DNA from: Octopus bimaculoides
Taxonomy: Eukaryota
Assembly (NCBI RefSeq): GCF_001194135.2
Contig: NC_068996.1
Span: 39,989,056 to 40,037,710, forward strand
DNA length: 48,655 bases
Reading direction: 5' to 3'
In this document: in pieces, positions 1 to 11,080 of the stretch
Numbering within the stretch: position 1 is the first letter of the stretch
Layout: each line of letters begins with the position of its first letter
Notes under the pieces: model-generated
The model's input: only the letters and a program-made list of their open reading frames with translations
Told to the model about the DNA's origin: nothing
Database searches by the model: none
Made by a program: the position numbers and the translations under genes

Positions 1-126
1 AGAGAGAGAGAGAGAGAAATAGAGAGAGAGAGATAAAGAGATAAATAGATAGACAGATAGCTATAGATATATATATATATATACATAGTATATGTATACA
101 GATATGTGTGCATGTAAATATATATA
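1..126. repeat. (AG)n/(AT)n compound microsatellite
   Basis: Directly visible dinucleotide runs. Confidence 0.9.
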
Positions 127-1410
127 TTGGGTCATCCCATAAATAATGCATTTTTTTTATACTTCTTTTATTTATCAAAATTAAGATAAACAAAGTTCTT
201 TTTTAATCTATAATATACTTTCCTTCATTTTCCACAATGCTCTTCCATCTATCTCATAGACTTGCAAGGCCCCTCTTCCAAAATTCACTTGTCTGTGATG
301 AAAAATATTCCTCCAGTACTGTTCTGACCTCGTCTACAGAATTCATATTTTTTCCTTCCAAATGATTTTGAAGACTGTGGAATAAATGATGATCAGATTA
401 GGCAATGTCTGGCAAATATGGTGGGTGAGGCACCAATTCCCATTGAAACTGCTCCAGCCTTTAGAATGTCCTTGCTGTATGTGGCTGAGCATTATCTTGA
501 AAGAAGAAAACCTTTCATCTTGAAACCAAAGATGGTCGTTTTTCTTCTAGAGCTGACTTAAGCTGTTCAAGTTGCTCACAGTAGATCTCCTTTGTTATCA
601 TTTGGTTTGGGTTTAAAAGTTCAAAGTGGGCTAAACATTTCATATCTCACCAAACAGCTAACAACACTTTACATGGGTGAAGACCTTCTTTAGCCTGTGG
701 TGCCAGTGTTTCTCCTTTCCCTACCCACTGTCTTCAGTACATGACATTTTTACAGAGATCCCATTTCTCATCATCAGTCACTATTCGGTCCAAAACAGGT
801 ACAATCATGAGACTTGACAGCAAAGAAGAGAACACATTCACTCTCTGCATGCGATTAGACTCAGAAAGTTTGTGAGGAACCCACAAACCCAATTAGCTGA
901 CTTTTCCGATAGCACGCAGGTGTTGATGAATGATTGAATGACCAAATCCAAACTTCTCTGCTAGTTCCTCAACAGTTACAATGGAATTTTTCTTCACTAG
1001 GGTTTGAGGACATCCTTATTGAGCTCTACAGATCTTCCAAGATAAAGTTTGTCTTCTAGGCTGTAGTTTCCAGCTCAGAATTTCTGGAACCAACATTGAT
1101 ACTGGCTTATGCTTATTGTCCAATCCCCATATACTGCATGAATATTCCTCACACTTTCCATTGCATTGTTGACTTTATTGAGCTCATAAAGTAAAATATG
1201 CCGAATATGCTCCTTTGTCACTTCTATTATAGCTTTGAAAAAATAGCTGTTAAAATCGAATTGCACTCTTCAAAGCTTGCACTAAGAATAAGTAGAAGGT
1301 AAAATTACTACCTGCTTTAATAGCAAATTGATGCAGGTAGTTTATCCCATTCCCCTCTGACTTTTAGTTCATGCAATTGAAAAAATTGCATTATTTATGG
1401 GATGACCCAA
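127..1410 (-). mobile_element. Full-length (1284 bp) mariner DNA transposon, inactive
   Basis: 24-bp TIRs TTGGGTCATCCCATAAATAATGCA (127-150) and its exact reverse complement (1387-1410); TA on the left flank, TT on the right; size typical of mariner; transposase motifs inside. Confidence 0.93.
203..1227 (-). pseudogene. Mariner DD34D transposase pseudogene
   Basis: Minus-strand translation gives HTH region EHIRHILLYELNK, WVPHKL, IVTDDEKW, FQDNAQPH, HPPYLPDIA*SDHHLF and C-terminal RGLASL*DRWKSIVENEGKY; multiple stops and frameshifts. Confidence 0.9.
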
Positions 1411-1570
1411 TTTATGGTGTGTGCACGTGCATGTTTGTATATACATATTTATATGTAGCTGTGTGTATATATATGTATATATATAATTTACATATATGCA
1501 TACACACACAATCTTTTATGTATAAACACACATGCATAATATTATATGTACACACACACTTATCTGCAAA

Positions 1571-1801
1571 GGCGGCGAGCTGGCAGAAACGTTAGCACGC
1601 CGGGTGAAATGCTTAGCGGTATTCTGTGTGCCACTACGTTCTGAGTTCAAATTCCGCCGAGGTCGACTCTGCCTTTCATCCTTTCGGGGTCGATTAAATA
1701 AGTACCAGTTACGCACTGGGGTCGGTATAATCGACTTAATCCGTTTGTCTGTCCTTGTTTGTCCCCTCTGTGTGTAGCCCCTTGTGGGTAGTAAAGAAAT
1801 A
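1571..1801 (+). mobile_element. tRNA-derived SINE, family B, complete
   Basis: Head GGCGGCGAGCTGGCAGAAACG, B-box-like GAGTTCAAATTCC, central GCCTTTCATCCTTTCGGGGTCGAT block, AAAGAAATAA tail; 17-bp TSD ACACACTTATCTGCAAA (1554-1570, 1802-1818). Confidence 0.88.
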
Positions 1802-1818
1802 ACACACTTATCTGCAAA

Positions 1819-1950
1819 TTCACAGACTTTGCCTTTCATCCCTTCAGGGTCAATAAATTAAATAACAATGGAGTACAAGGGTCGATGTAATCGACTAAAC
1901 CCCTCCCCACAAAATTTTAGGCCTTGCACCTATGGTAGAAAGGATTATTA
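1819..1950 (+). mobile_element. Older B-related SINE remnant (B')
   Basis: Shares the GCCTTTCATCC central block with family B but has a different tail. Confidence 0.65.
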
Positions 1951-2086
1951 TCATTGATTTGACTCAAGCTCATTCTTATTCCTGGTAGAATTTATGTAGG
2001 CAGCAGGTTACTGCCTGTAACTTTTGGTATTCACAAGCTTTTAGAACCCTCCTGATAATCTTTCCTGTCCCTAAGAGGCAAACTTT

Positions 2087-2212
2087 ACCACATGGTTCTG
2101 AGTTCAGTCCCACTGTGTGGCATCTTGGGCAAGTGTCTTCTACTATAGCCTCGGGCCTACCAAAGCCTTGTGAGTGGATTTGGTAGATGGAAACTGAAAG
2201 AAGCCCATCGTA

Positions 2213-2261
<49 letters not shown>

Positions 2262-2590
2262 NNNNNNNNNNNNNNNNNNNNNNNNNNNNNNNNNNNNNNN
2301 NNNNNNNNNNNNNNNNNNNNNNNNNNNNNNNNNNNCATACCAGCGCAATCGTCTCTCTTGCACGCCACAACTGATGCTTCTAATGTTCAGCTTTTCTCTC
2401 AAGATACTTACACTCTGACGGGTATTCACATTGACATTACACATCCAACGGAGCATACTGGCTTCATTCCTTATATATATATATATATATATTACAAAGA
2501 ATAAGCCCTGGGGGTCGATTTGTTCGACTAAAGGCAGTGCTCCAGCATGGCCACAGTCAAATGACTGAAACAAGTAAAAGAGTAAAAGAG
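2087..2590 (+). mobile_element. SINE family A, interrupted in its internal (TA)n tract
   Basis: 5' half 2087-2221 and 3' tail 2492-2590 match the complete copies at 3940-4591 and 9249-9666. Confidence 0.8.
2336..2470 (-). mobile_element. RTE LINE ORF fragment (post-RT C-terminal region)
   Basis: Translates to EASMLRWMCNVNVNTRQSVSILREKLNIRSISCGVQERRLRWY, matching the RTE MLRWM...RLRW pattern. Confidence 0.8.
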
Positions 2591-2829
2591 TATCTTTCCA
2601 GTGGTCAGTGATGAAAAGGAAACACACATGCCTGGTAGAAAGTATATTTTACTCACATCTTCCAACATAAGATCTTCTTTCAGTATGCCTAATCTCTGTT
2701 TGCAGAGAAGTCATCTGAAGATCTGGCAGGAACTCTACGATGTGAATACATTTGTTACAAAGAGTGAGGTGCTATTTGTCATCATTGGCACAGACCACAC
2801 TTGTGAACAACCAAATAGGGTGATGAAGG

Positions 2830-3207
2830 CATCATCATAATCATCATCACAATCATCATCATCATCACAATCATCATCATAATCATCATCACAATCATCA
2901 TCATTATCATCATCACAATCATCATCATCATCATCATCATCGTCATCATCATCATCATCATCATCACCATCGTCATCGTCATCATCATCATCATCATCAT
3001 TATTGTCATCATCATCATCATCGTCATCGTCATCATCATCAGCATCATCATCATCATCGTCGTCATCATCATCATCATCATCATCATTATTGTCATTATC
3101 ATCATCATTATTGTCATTATCATCATCATCATCATCATCATCATTTGCATTGTTGTCGTCATCATTGTCGTCATCATTGTCGTCAGCATCATCATCATCA
3201 TCATCAC
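2830..3207. repeat. Long (ATC)n microsatellite, the expanded (GAT)n tail of the adjacent LINE
   Basis: ~380 bp triplet run directly abutting the minus-strand LINE 3' end. Confidence 0.9.
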
Positions 3208-3711
3208 CATCTGGTACAGCTTGCTCAGACATTTTTAACCCACAAACACCATCCATCTTGGTCCTGCTGCATTAGCCGAAGGAATTCGTCGAGGAGGCAT
3301 CCAACGTCTCTGGTCAGTTGATCTACACACATTGTAGATCAACCTGCTTGAGTACAGTCGTACTTTGGCATCCATAGCAGTGGGTCATTTGCCAGTTCTT
3401 GTTTAAGCTCACCAGCAATGTTTCCCAAAGCATGGTGAGCCCTAAACAAACTGGATGCTGTCTGAAAATCAACCCTATCAGACAACCTTAAGATGAATTT
3501 TCTTCCATGCAACAGAAGAATCAGTTCTTTTATATGGAGCAACAGCATGAATGCTTACCAAAAATCAGAATCCAAGCTAGATGGAACATACACCTGAATG
3601 TTGAGAACAGTCATAAGCATATCTTGGAGAACTCATCCCACCCAAGAAACAGTTGTATGGAGATCGCCTGCCTGTTTCCACAATTATAAGGGATGAAGGT
3701 ATACTCTATGT
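3208..3711 (-). mobile_element. RTE/RTEX-type LINE 3' fragment with inverted 5' segment
   Basis: Minus strand 3425-3208 gives HCW..KQELANDPLLWMPK...VDQLTRDVG. Plus strand 3426-3711 gives the upstream peptide KAW.ALNKLDAV.KSTLSDNLK...ESVLLYGATA...SKLDGTYT.MLR...KQLYGD..PVSTIIR. Confidence 0.82.
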
Positions 3712-3939
3712 TAATTAGTATTTCTAATGTTGCCAACACAAGGCATCAATTCTTTCAGGTCACACCAAGGATGTTACACTTTTCAAGAAATTATAAGGGA
3801 CATTGTTCACAGCTCACAAGAATACCATGAAGTACGATATAAGCAAGTACTGTCAAGAAACAGCATGACACTTTCAACAAGATCAAGGCTACCCTCCTGA
3901 ATTACCAGAATCTTTCGGACTTAGAAGGTGATCTATTTA

Positions 3940-4351
3940 GGCGTAGGAGTGGCTGTGTGATAAGTAGCTTGCTTACCAATCACATGGTTCCAGGTTCAGT
4001 CCCACTGCATGGCACCTTGGGCAAGTGTCTTCTACTATAGCCTCGGGCCAACCAAAGCCTTGTGAGTGGATTTGGTAGACGGAAACTGAAAGAAGCCCAT
4101 CATATTTATGTATATATATATATATATATATATNNNNNNNNNNNNNNNNNNNNNNNNNNNNNNNNNNNNNNNNNNNNNNNNNNNNNNNNNNNNNNNNNNN
4201 NNNNNNNNNNNNNNNNNNNNNNNNNNNNNNNNNNNNNNNNNNNNNNNNNNNNNNNNNNNNNNNNNNNNNNNNNNNNNNNNNNNNNNNNNNNNNNNNNNNN
4301 NNNNNNNNNNNNNNNNNNNNNNNNNNNNNNNNNNNNNNNNNNNNNNNNNNN

Positions 4352-4399
<48 letters not shown>

Positions 4400-4591
4400 C
4401 CCCCCCAACATCACTTGACAACCAATGCTGGTGTGTTTATGTCCCCGTAACTTAGCGGTCTGGCAAAAGAGACCGATAAAATAAGTACTAGGCTTACAAA
4501 GAATAAGTCCTGGGGCCGATTTGCTCGACTAAAGGTGGTGCTCCAGCATGGCCGCAGTCAAATGACTGAAACAAGTAAAAGAGTAAAAGAG
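3940..4591 (+). mobile_element. SINE family A, complete (gap inside)
   Basis: Head GGCGTAGGAGTGGCTGTGTG, B-box-like GGTTCAGTCC, CORE-like ACCTTGGGCAAGTG block, internal (TA)n(TG)n, tail GACTGAAACAAGTAAAAGAG. Confidence 0.9.
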
Positions 4592-5670
4592 AGTATGTTA
4601 ACAACTTTAATAAGGCATGTGTATGTTACCCAAGAGAATATTCCACAGAATTTGATTGGTCGATAAAAGTGGCTAGATACAGTATGCTGAAAATATTGCT
4701 TAAGACATCAGTGGAGACATTGGCTTCTGGGTAACAGTTAAGAAGCAGAACAACACCAAGTTCTCATGAAATAAGAAATAAACAATCAAGGTCCATGACC
4801 AAAGGAGGATCTGAAAGAAACAGAGCAATTCTATGGTCGGTCTATGGCACTATCAAACTAAGACACTGATTAGAAGAATGTACTTAGTCTATGCACTATC
4901 AAACTGAGATGTTGATTAGAAGAATGCACTTTGGAACATTGAGTTTACTCTCACACTCAGGGCATTGTTTGTCTTCGATATATCTGTCCTTCTATGTACA
5001 TCCAGGTTCAAACTCAGACATTGCCCGGAAAATCTGGAAAAACCAATGAAACTCATCAAAGTGAAAAATCAACAATATCTGAGGAACATGTTGGAGAAGA
5101 ACAACATCCGTCAGTTGAAAGTTCAAAAACTGCCGTTTGCGGATGGAATGGTATTGATCCAAAATATGGCAAAAGAAACAATCAGCACAGTCGCAGATCT
5201 TCAGCTAAATATTCAATAACAGGATCTAGCATCGACAGCAGATTTTGACAAGATTATTCTCATGTTTGACATTTATAAAGCTAAACTCCTTGAAACAAGA
5301 AAGAAACAAGGAGGAAATAAAGACAAGGCAAACATCTAATTCAATAGCAGATGGCTGACACCACAAATATTAAATGCATATTAATGGAATGCTTTGTCTC
5401 AGGAAAAAAAAAAAAGAAAATTTATTGGAATAGCTTAGATAAACAGTGCTCAAGAATAAGGCAAAAGTTAGTTCTCATATCTGCACCATACTGCACACAA
5501 AAAACAAACCTGCAAATGCAGTTGACAATAACAACCATGTGAAGGCTGGTGATTTATCACAGCACTGTCCCAAAGCATGGATGGACTTCTGGTTGTTGTA
5601 CACTACAAGTTCTGCTAACATACTGCGATATGTTCAACAATATGTGTTGAACAACACATATTGTTGATAT

Positions 5671-6058
5671 CTTTTACTCTCTTACTTGTTTCAGTCATTT
5701 GACTGCGGCCATGCTGGAGCACTGCCTTTAGTCAAGAAAATCGACCCCAGGACTTATTCTTTGTAAGCCTAGTACTTATTCTATCGGTCTCTTTATGCCG
5801 AACCGCTAAGTTACGGGGAAGTAAACACACCAGCATCGGTTGTCAAGCGATGGTGGGAAGACAAACAAAGACACACAAACACACATACATATATACGACG
5901 GGCTTCTTTCAGTTTTCGTCTACCAAATCCACTCACAAGGATTTGGTCGGCCCGAGGCTATAGTAGAAGACACTTGCCCAAGTTGCCATGCAGTGGGACT
6001 GAACCCGGAACCATGTGGTTGGTAAGCAAGCTACTTACCACACAGCCACTCCTGCGCC
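5671..6058 (-). mobile_element. SINE family A, complete
   Basis: Reverse complement of the A consensus; 15-bp duplication TATGTTCAACAATAT at 5629-5643 and 6059-6073. Confidence 0.92.
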
Positions 6059-6085
6059 TATGTTCAACAATATTTATAACAATAT

Positions 6086-6283
6086 AAGACAGTGAGCTGG
6101 TAGAGTCATTACTATGCTGGACAAAGTGCTTAGTGGCATTTCATTTGTCTTTTTGTTCTGAATTCAAATTCTGTTGCGGTCAGCTTTGTCTTTCATCCTT
6201 TTGGGGTTGATAAAGTAAGTACCAGTTGAGCACAATTTAACCCACTCACCTGAAATTACTGACTTTGTGCCAAAATTTGAAAC
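6086..6283 (+). mobile_element. B'-type SINE
   Basis: B-like head and TTTCATCCTTTTGGGGTTGATAAA block; 18-bp TSD CAATATTTATAACAATAT (6068-6085, 6284-6301). Confidence 0.8.
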
Positions 6284-6315
6284 CAATATTTATAACAATA
6301 TGTATGATTAAGTGA

Positions 6316-6600
6316 AGGTGCATGGCTTAGTGGTTTGGATATTCAGCTCACAGTCGCAAGGAAATGAGTTCAATTCCTGGTAGTGTTGTTGTGTCCTTGA
6401 GCGAGACACTTTGTTTCATGTTGCTCCAGTCCACTCAGCTGGTTAAAATGAGTTCTACCTGTATTTCACATTGTTTGTCACACTCTCTGAGAACTACGTT
6501 AAGCATACGCATGTCTGTGGAGTGCTCAGCCACTTGCACGTTAATTTCATGAACATGTTGTTTCATGAATCAACTGAAAACTCATCATCATAACCAATGA
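6316..6600 (+). mobile_element. tRNA-derived SINE, family G
   Basis: A-box TGGCTTAGTGG, B-box GAGTTCAATTCC, central GTGTCCTTGAGCGAGACACTT block; related copies near 12410, 18400 and 26760 (minus). Confidence 0.7.
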
Positions 6601-6712
6601 GTGCCAGTAAATATATGGAAACTAGGTACTTTGAAGATTAAGGTAGATGAGATGAGACCAGACAGTCTTGATACTGATATTTTCCACATTCATGGAATAT
6701 TCTCTGGATTAA

Positions 6713-6911
6713 CCCTTTAGCATTTAAATTGGACATATCTGACCCAAATATTCTACATGTCTTATGTTCAAGCTGGCCAGATCTTGCCTCTCATACCTAA
6801 CCTACAATGTCATTCTTAAAACAGAGAACCACGTCATCGATATCTCACAGCTACAAGATAATGTGAGGTTAATTCAAAACAATGTAACAGAGTAATCTGA
6901 ATGCCAAAGGG
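6713..6911. mobile_element. piggyBac-like MITE
   Basis: TTAA|CCCTTTAGCATT ... AATGCCAAAGGG|TTCA: imperfect TIRs starting CCC, flanked by TTAA and one-mismatch TTCA. Confidence 0.7.
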
Positions 6912-6978
6912 TTCAGAAAAAAACCATGTTGTTTCAACAGTACAAGAAAGTTGACAGGAACATCATTTCAGTTCATAA

Positions 6979-7210
6979 GGTGGCGAGCTAGCAGAAACGT
7001 TAGCATGCCGGGCAAAATGTTTAGCGGCATTTTGTCTGCTGCTACGTTCTGAGTTCTAATTCCGCCGAAGTCGACTTTGCCTTTCATCCTTTCGGAGTCG
7101 ATTAAATAAGTACCAGTTACGCACTGGCGTCGATATAATCGACTTAATTCATTTGTCTGTCCTTGTTTGTCCCCTCTGTGTGTAGCCCTTTGTGGGCAGT
7201 AAAGAAATAA
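6979..7210 (+). mobile_element. SINE family B, complete
   Basis: Colinear with 1571-1801. Confidence 0.88.
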
Positions 7211-7364
7211 GAATCATCATCTCAGTATTAATGAAACTGATGGAGGAAGGTAACCAAACACTAAAATGGCATCAGTGTTGCAAACATCTTGCAGAAGAAG
7301 GCAGTAACTGCCATCCCACAGCAGGTGCTATTGTTTTAAGAAGAACACTGAATATGTACATATA

Positions 7365-7838
7365 GAGTGTAGGGTGGGGTTCCAAGACTCTGAAATATAA
7401 AGGTGTGGAAGGGGTAGACCCAGGAAGATGTGGGACAAAGTGGTGAGAAAGGATCCACAGGCATTGGGATTCAGAGGTGATGAAAGGGGACTGAGAATTC
7501 TGGTGGTTTGCTGTGTTTGAAAAGACACATCAAGTTAAGTTTAAGCAAGGTTGTCTTTGCATACAAGCTTGTTCCCTGCATCTGTCGTCTCCAGCTGAGC
7601 ATTCTTGACCTAGAGGGCTCTTGGGTGCTGGTGCCACGTAAGAGCACCTGTGCTGGCACTGCATAAAAGCACCCAGTACACTCTGTAGAGTGGTTGGTGT
7701 TAGGAAGGGCATCCATCTGTAGAAACCATACCAAAACAGAAATGGAGCCTGGGCAGCTCCTGTCAAACCATCCAACCTATGCCAGCATGGAAAATGGACA
7801 TTAAATGATGATGACAATGGTGATGATGATGATGATGA
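7365..7838 (+). mobile_element. RTE LINE 3' end (ORF terminus, 3' UTR, (GAT)n tail)
   Basis: Translates GRGRPRKMWDKVVRKD...AVFEKT, then UTR with TTAGGAAGGGCATCCA and CCAGCATGGAAAATGGACATTAAATGATGATG. This copy links the dispersed UTR repeat to an RTE ORF. Confidence 0.82.
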
Positions 7839-8221
7839 ACATTGTAAGACACCACCTACCAATAAGAAAGTTCCAATGGCATCACTGACCATTATGTCAT
7901 TGGTCATATGTCAGTGAAAACACCATTGCACAACTGAGAGGAATTTATGGAAGAGACACAACACAACGTGGCCTGTGCAAAACTTTGTGCTGAATGCACA
8001 CTTCAGTAACTGTAGAAATGACAGGGACTGTGGCGCTGCCTAAAATTACACCCAACAAAGCAAGGAAGATGTGTAAAATCTTATTTCTGAAAGATACAGA
8101 CCAAATAGTTCCTGCATACGGAACTTATAGTTCAACCTGATAACTAGCAAGGCTGCTCTGTTACTTCATAAATCCGTACCTAAAACTTCAAAGGACTTTC
8201 AATAGGAATTGTGTAAAACAA

Positions 8222-8338
8222 CTGCATCCCAAATATCATCATTATCACCATCATCATTGTCATCATCATCATTTAATGTCTGTTGTTCATGTTGGCATGG
8301 ATTGGTCAGTTTGACCAGAGCTGGCAAGCTGGGGGGGG
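8222..8338 (-). mobile_element. RTE 3' tail fragment
   Basis: (CAT)n then TTTAATGTCTG...CATGTTGGCATGG, reverse complement of the RTE tail. Confidence 0.7.
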
Positions 8339-9181
8339 NNNNNNNNNNNNNNNNNNNNNNNNNNNNNNNNNNNNNNNNNNNNNNNNNNNNNNNNNNNNNN
8401 NNNNNNNNNNNNNNNNNNNNNNNNNNNNNNNNNNNNNNNNNNNNNNNNNNNNNNNNNNNNNNNNNNNNNNNNNNNNNNNNNNNNNNNNNNNNNNNNNNNN
8501 NNNNNNNNNNNNNNNNNNNNNNNNNNNNNNNNNNNCATTGATGCTTTACATGGAACTGCATGTAAAAGAGAATTGTTTTCAATTATCTTTGTTATGTTTC
8601 TGTAATCTTGATTACTATTTCCAAACTTTTGTTCAATTCCTTGACCTAGAAAACAAGATTAACACATTTAATTAAATTTCTAAATTAACTAAAAACAAAG
8701 AAAGTGCCAAGTATGTATTTTATGGCAGCTATTTGAAAATCGAAAATGGCTGTTGGCCATGCAGGTGACTATGCAAATGCCAGTATTGATTTTCTGATTC
8801 TCTATGCTCTGACCATTCCAAAAATGTACAAGTTTCCTAATCACCCGAAATTTTGAATGAAATTATATTTAATAAGACGAGGCTACTCATTCCTACTTAC
8901 AAGGCTAAGGGGTTGACTTAAAGCTATACAAAAAGAACACTTACCCAAGATGTCATGTGGGGAGATTGAACCTGAAAACTGATAATTGCAAAGTTAACAT
9001 CTTAACCACTCAGCTATGCTTTAATAAAGAATGTGTGTGTGTGTGTGTGTGTGTGTGTACATTGGTATGTATGTATATGTGTGTATGTCTGACTATATGT
9101 ATACACACATACACTTAAATGTTTTAGCTTACATACATCTAAGAAACAAACACTTCAGTACACACACACACGTACGTACGT

Positions 9182-9232
<51 letters not shown>

Positions 9233-9248
9233 CATATATATATATATA

Positions 9249-9666
9249 GGTGCAGGAGTGGCTGTGTGGTAAGTAGCTTGCTTACCAACTACATGGTTCC
9301 GGGTTCAGTCCCACTGCGTAGCACCTTGGGCAAGTTTCTTCTACTATAGCCTCAGGTCGACCAAAGCCTTGTGAGTGGATTTGGTAGACGGAAACTGAAA
9401 GAAGCCCATCGTATATATATATGTGTATGTATATATATGCGTGTGCATGTTTGTGTGTCTGTGTTTGTCCCCTTAACATCGCTTGACAACCAATGCTGTT
9501 GTGTTTACGTTTCCTGTAATTTAGCAGTTCAGCAAAAGAGACTGATAGAATAAGAACTAGGGTTACAAAGAATAAGTCCTGGGGTCGATTCGTTCGACTA
9601 AAGGCGGTGCTCCAGCATGGCCTCAGTCAAATGACTGAAACAAGTAAAAGAGTAAAGAGTAAGAGT
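9249..9666 (+). mobile_element. SINE family A, complete
   Basis: Colinear with the other A copies. Confidence 0.92.
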
Positions 9667-9717
9667 ATATATACACACTCACACACATATATACATACCA
9701 CCACTATAACAAACACC

Positions 9718-9930
9718 AGCATCATCATATGTCTGCTTTCCATGCTGGCATGTGGTGGACAGGTTGTCACCCCTTGTTGAAGTCAGTTCTTGTTCAAAGT
9801 TACTATCCTTCCAGGTACAGCCAGAGAACCATGCTTCACTCATCCATTTTATTTCCGAATGGTTTCTTTGATTGGATGCCCTTTCTGACACCAATCACTT
9901 TACAAAATAAGCTGGGTGCACCTTTTCATG
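9718..9930 (-). mobile_element. Degenerate RTE 3' UTR
   Basis: CATCATCAT..GCTTTCCATGCTGGCATG and GGATGCCCTTTCTGACACCAATCAC. Confidence 0.6.
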
Positions 9931-9949
9931 AAACCAGTATTTTAACAAC

Positions 9950-10106
9950 ACAGATGCAGCACGGAATTCTGTCAGTGAACAGGTCACAGTCTCAAAGCGA
10001 CGAAAATATTTTGGCAAATTAAATTTAAATGTTGAAGTGAATCTAACAGTTTTTGTGTGTTTTTAAATGGCTTATAAACACCTTCCACGCTGCAATTGTT
10101 TATACA

Positions 10107-10138
<32 letters not shown>

Positions 10139-10139
10139 C

Positions 10140-10173
<34 letters not shown>

Positions 10174-10415
10174 CATGAACTAACTGTTACTTTCTCAGAT
10201 GCAGCACAATTTTGTCAGTGAACAGGTCGCGGTCTCAAAGCAACAAAAATATTTTGACATATTAAATTTAAATGTTGAAGTGAATCTGACGGTTTTTCTG
10301 TGTTTCTAAAATGGCTTATAAACACCTTCCATGCTGCAATTGTTTTCGTTCCTGCACACGATCTCAGATCAGGTCGCTTGCTATGCAAGTACATCTCAGT
10401 ATTTTAACAGTTTAT
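9950..10415 (+). repeat. Unclassified dispersed repeat (family F), two tandem partial copies separated by (TACA)n
   Basis: CAGATGCAGCAC...TTAAATTTAAATGTTGAAGTGAATCT...CTGCAATTGTTT at ~9951 and ~10196; homologous sequence at 40639-40880. Confidence 0.75.
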
Positions 10416-10686
10416 AATTTAAACTAGCCATATCCACAGGGAGGGGGAGAAACATAGGGGTGTTGTGGGTAATGGTAAATATGCTTCGGAGGGGTGAGAG
10501 AGAGAAAGAGAGAGAGAGAAAGAGAGAGAGAGAAAGAGAGAGAGAGAAAGAGAGTTGGGGGAGTGGGGTGATTTGGATGAGAAAGAGGGAGTAGAATGTT
10601 GAAAAAAAAAATGGGAGAGCCAGGTAAGTCCAGAAACATTTCTAGTTACATGGGAATGTGGTTTGATGAAGAAGAANNNNNNNNNN

Positions 10687-10734
<48 letters not shown>

Positions 10735-11080
10735 ATTATGGGAAAGATAGGAAAATATACCAACAGAACAAAGAGTCATCCTGCAAACCACCATTGTCTA
10801 ATATGTAATTTCTTAGTTAGATCAGGTGCTGGTTTAATAAGTCATACTCAGATCTATATTGGTTTTGGTGGCCTGAAGACTTACATGAGGAGTGACCAGG
10901 TGAAATGAATGAATTGATAGTTAGTAACGGTAATGAGAATTTGGTGCTGATTGTCTATTTGGTTGGGGGTGTTTTTTTGTTTGTTTTTTTTTGTCTTCAT
11001 GCTGAACACTAATACATTATTTTCAATGGGAGAGTGCATCATAAATATATTATATTATATTATATTATATTATACTATAT

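Noticed and set aside
2735-3275. Poly-D/M/S ORFs, and similar ORFs at 27.8-32.7, 36.4-38.8 and 47.2-48.6 kb
   Set aside because: Translations of microsatellites or of N gaps; no evidence of coding.
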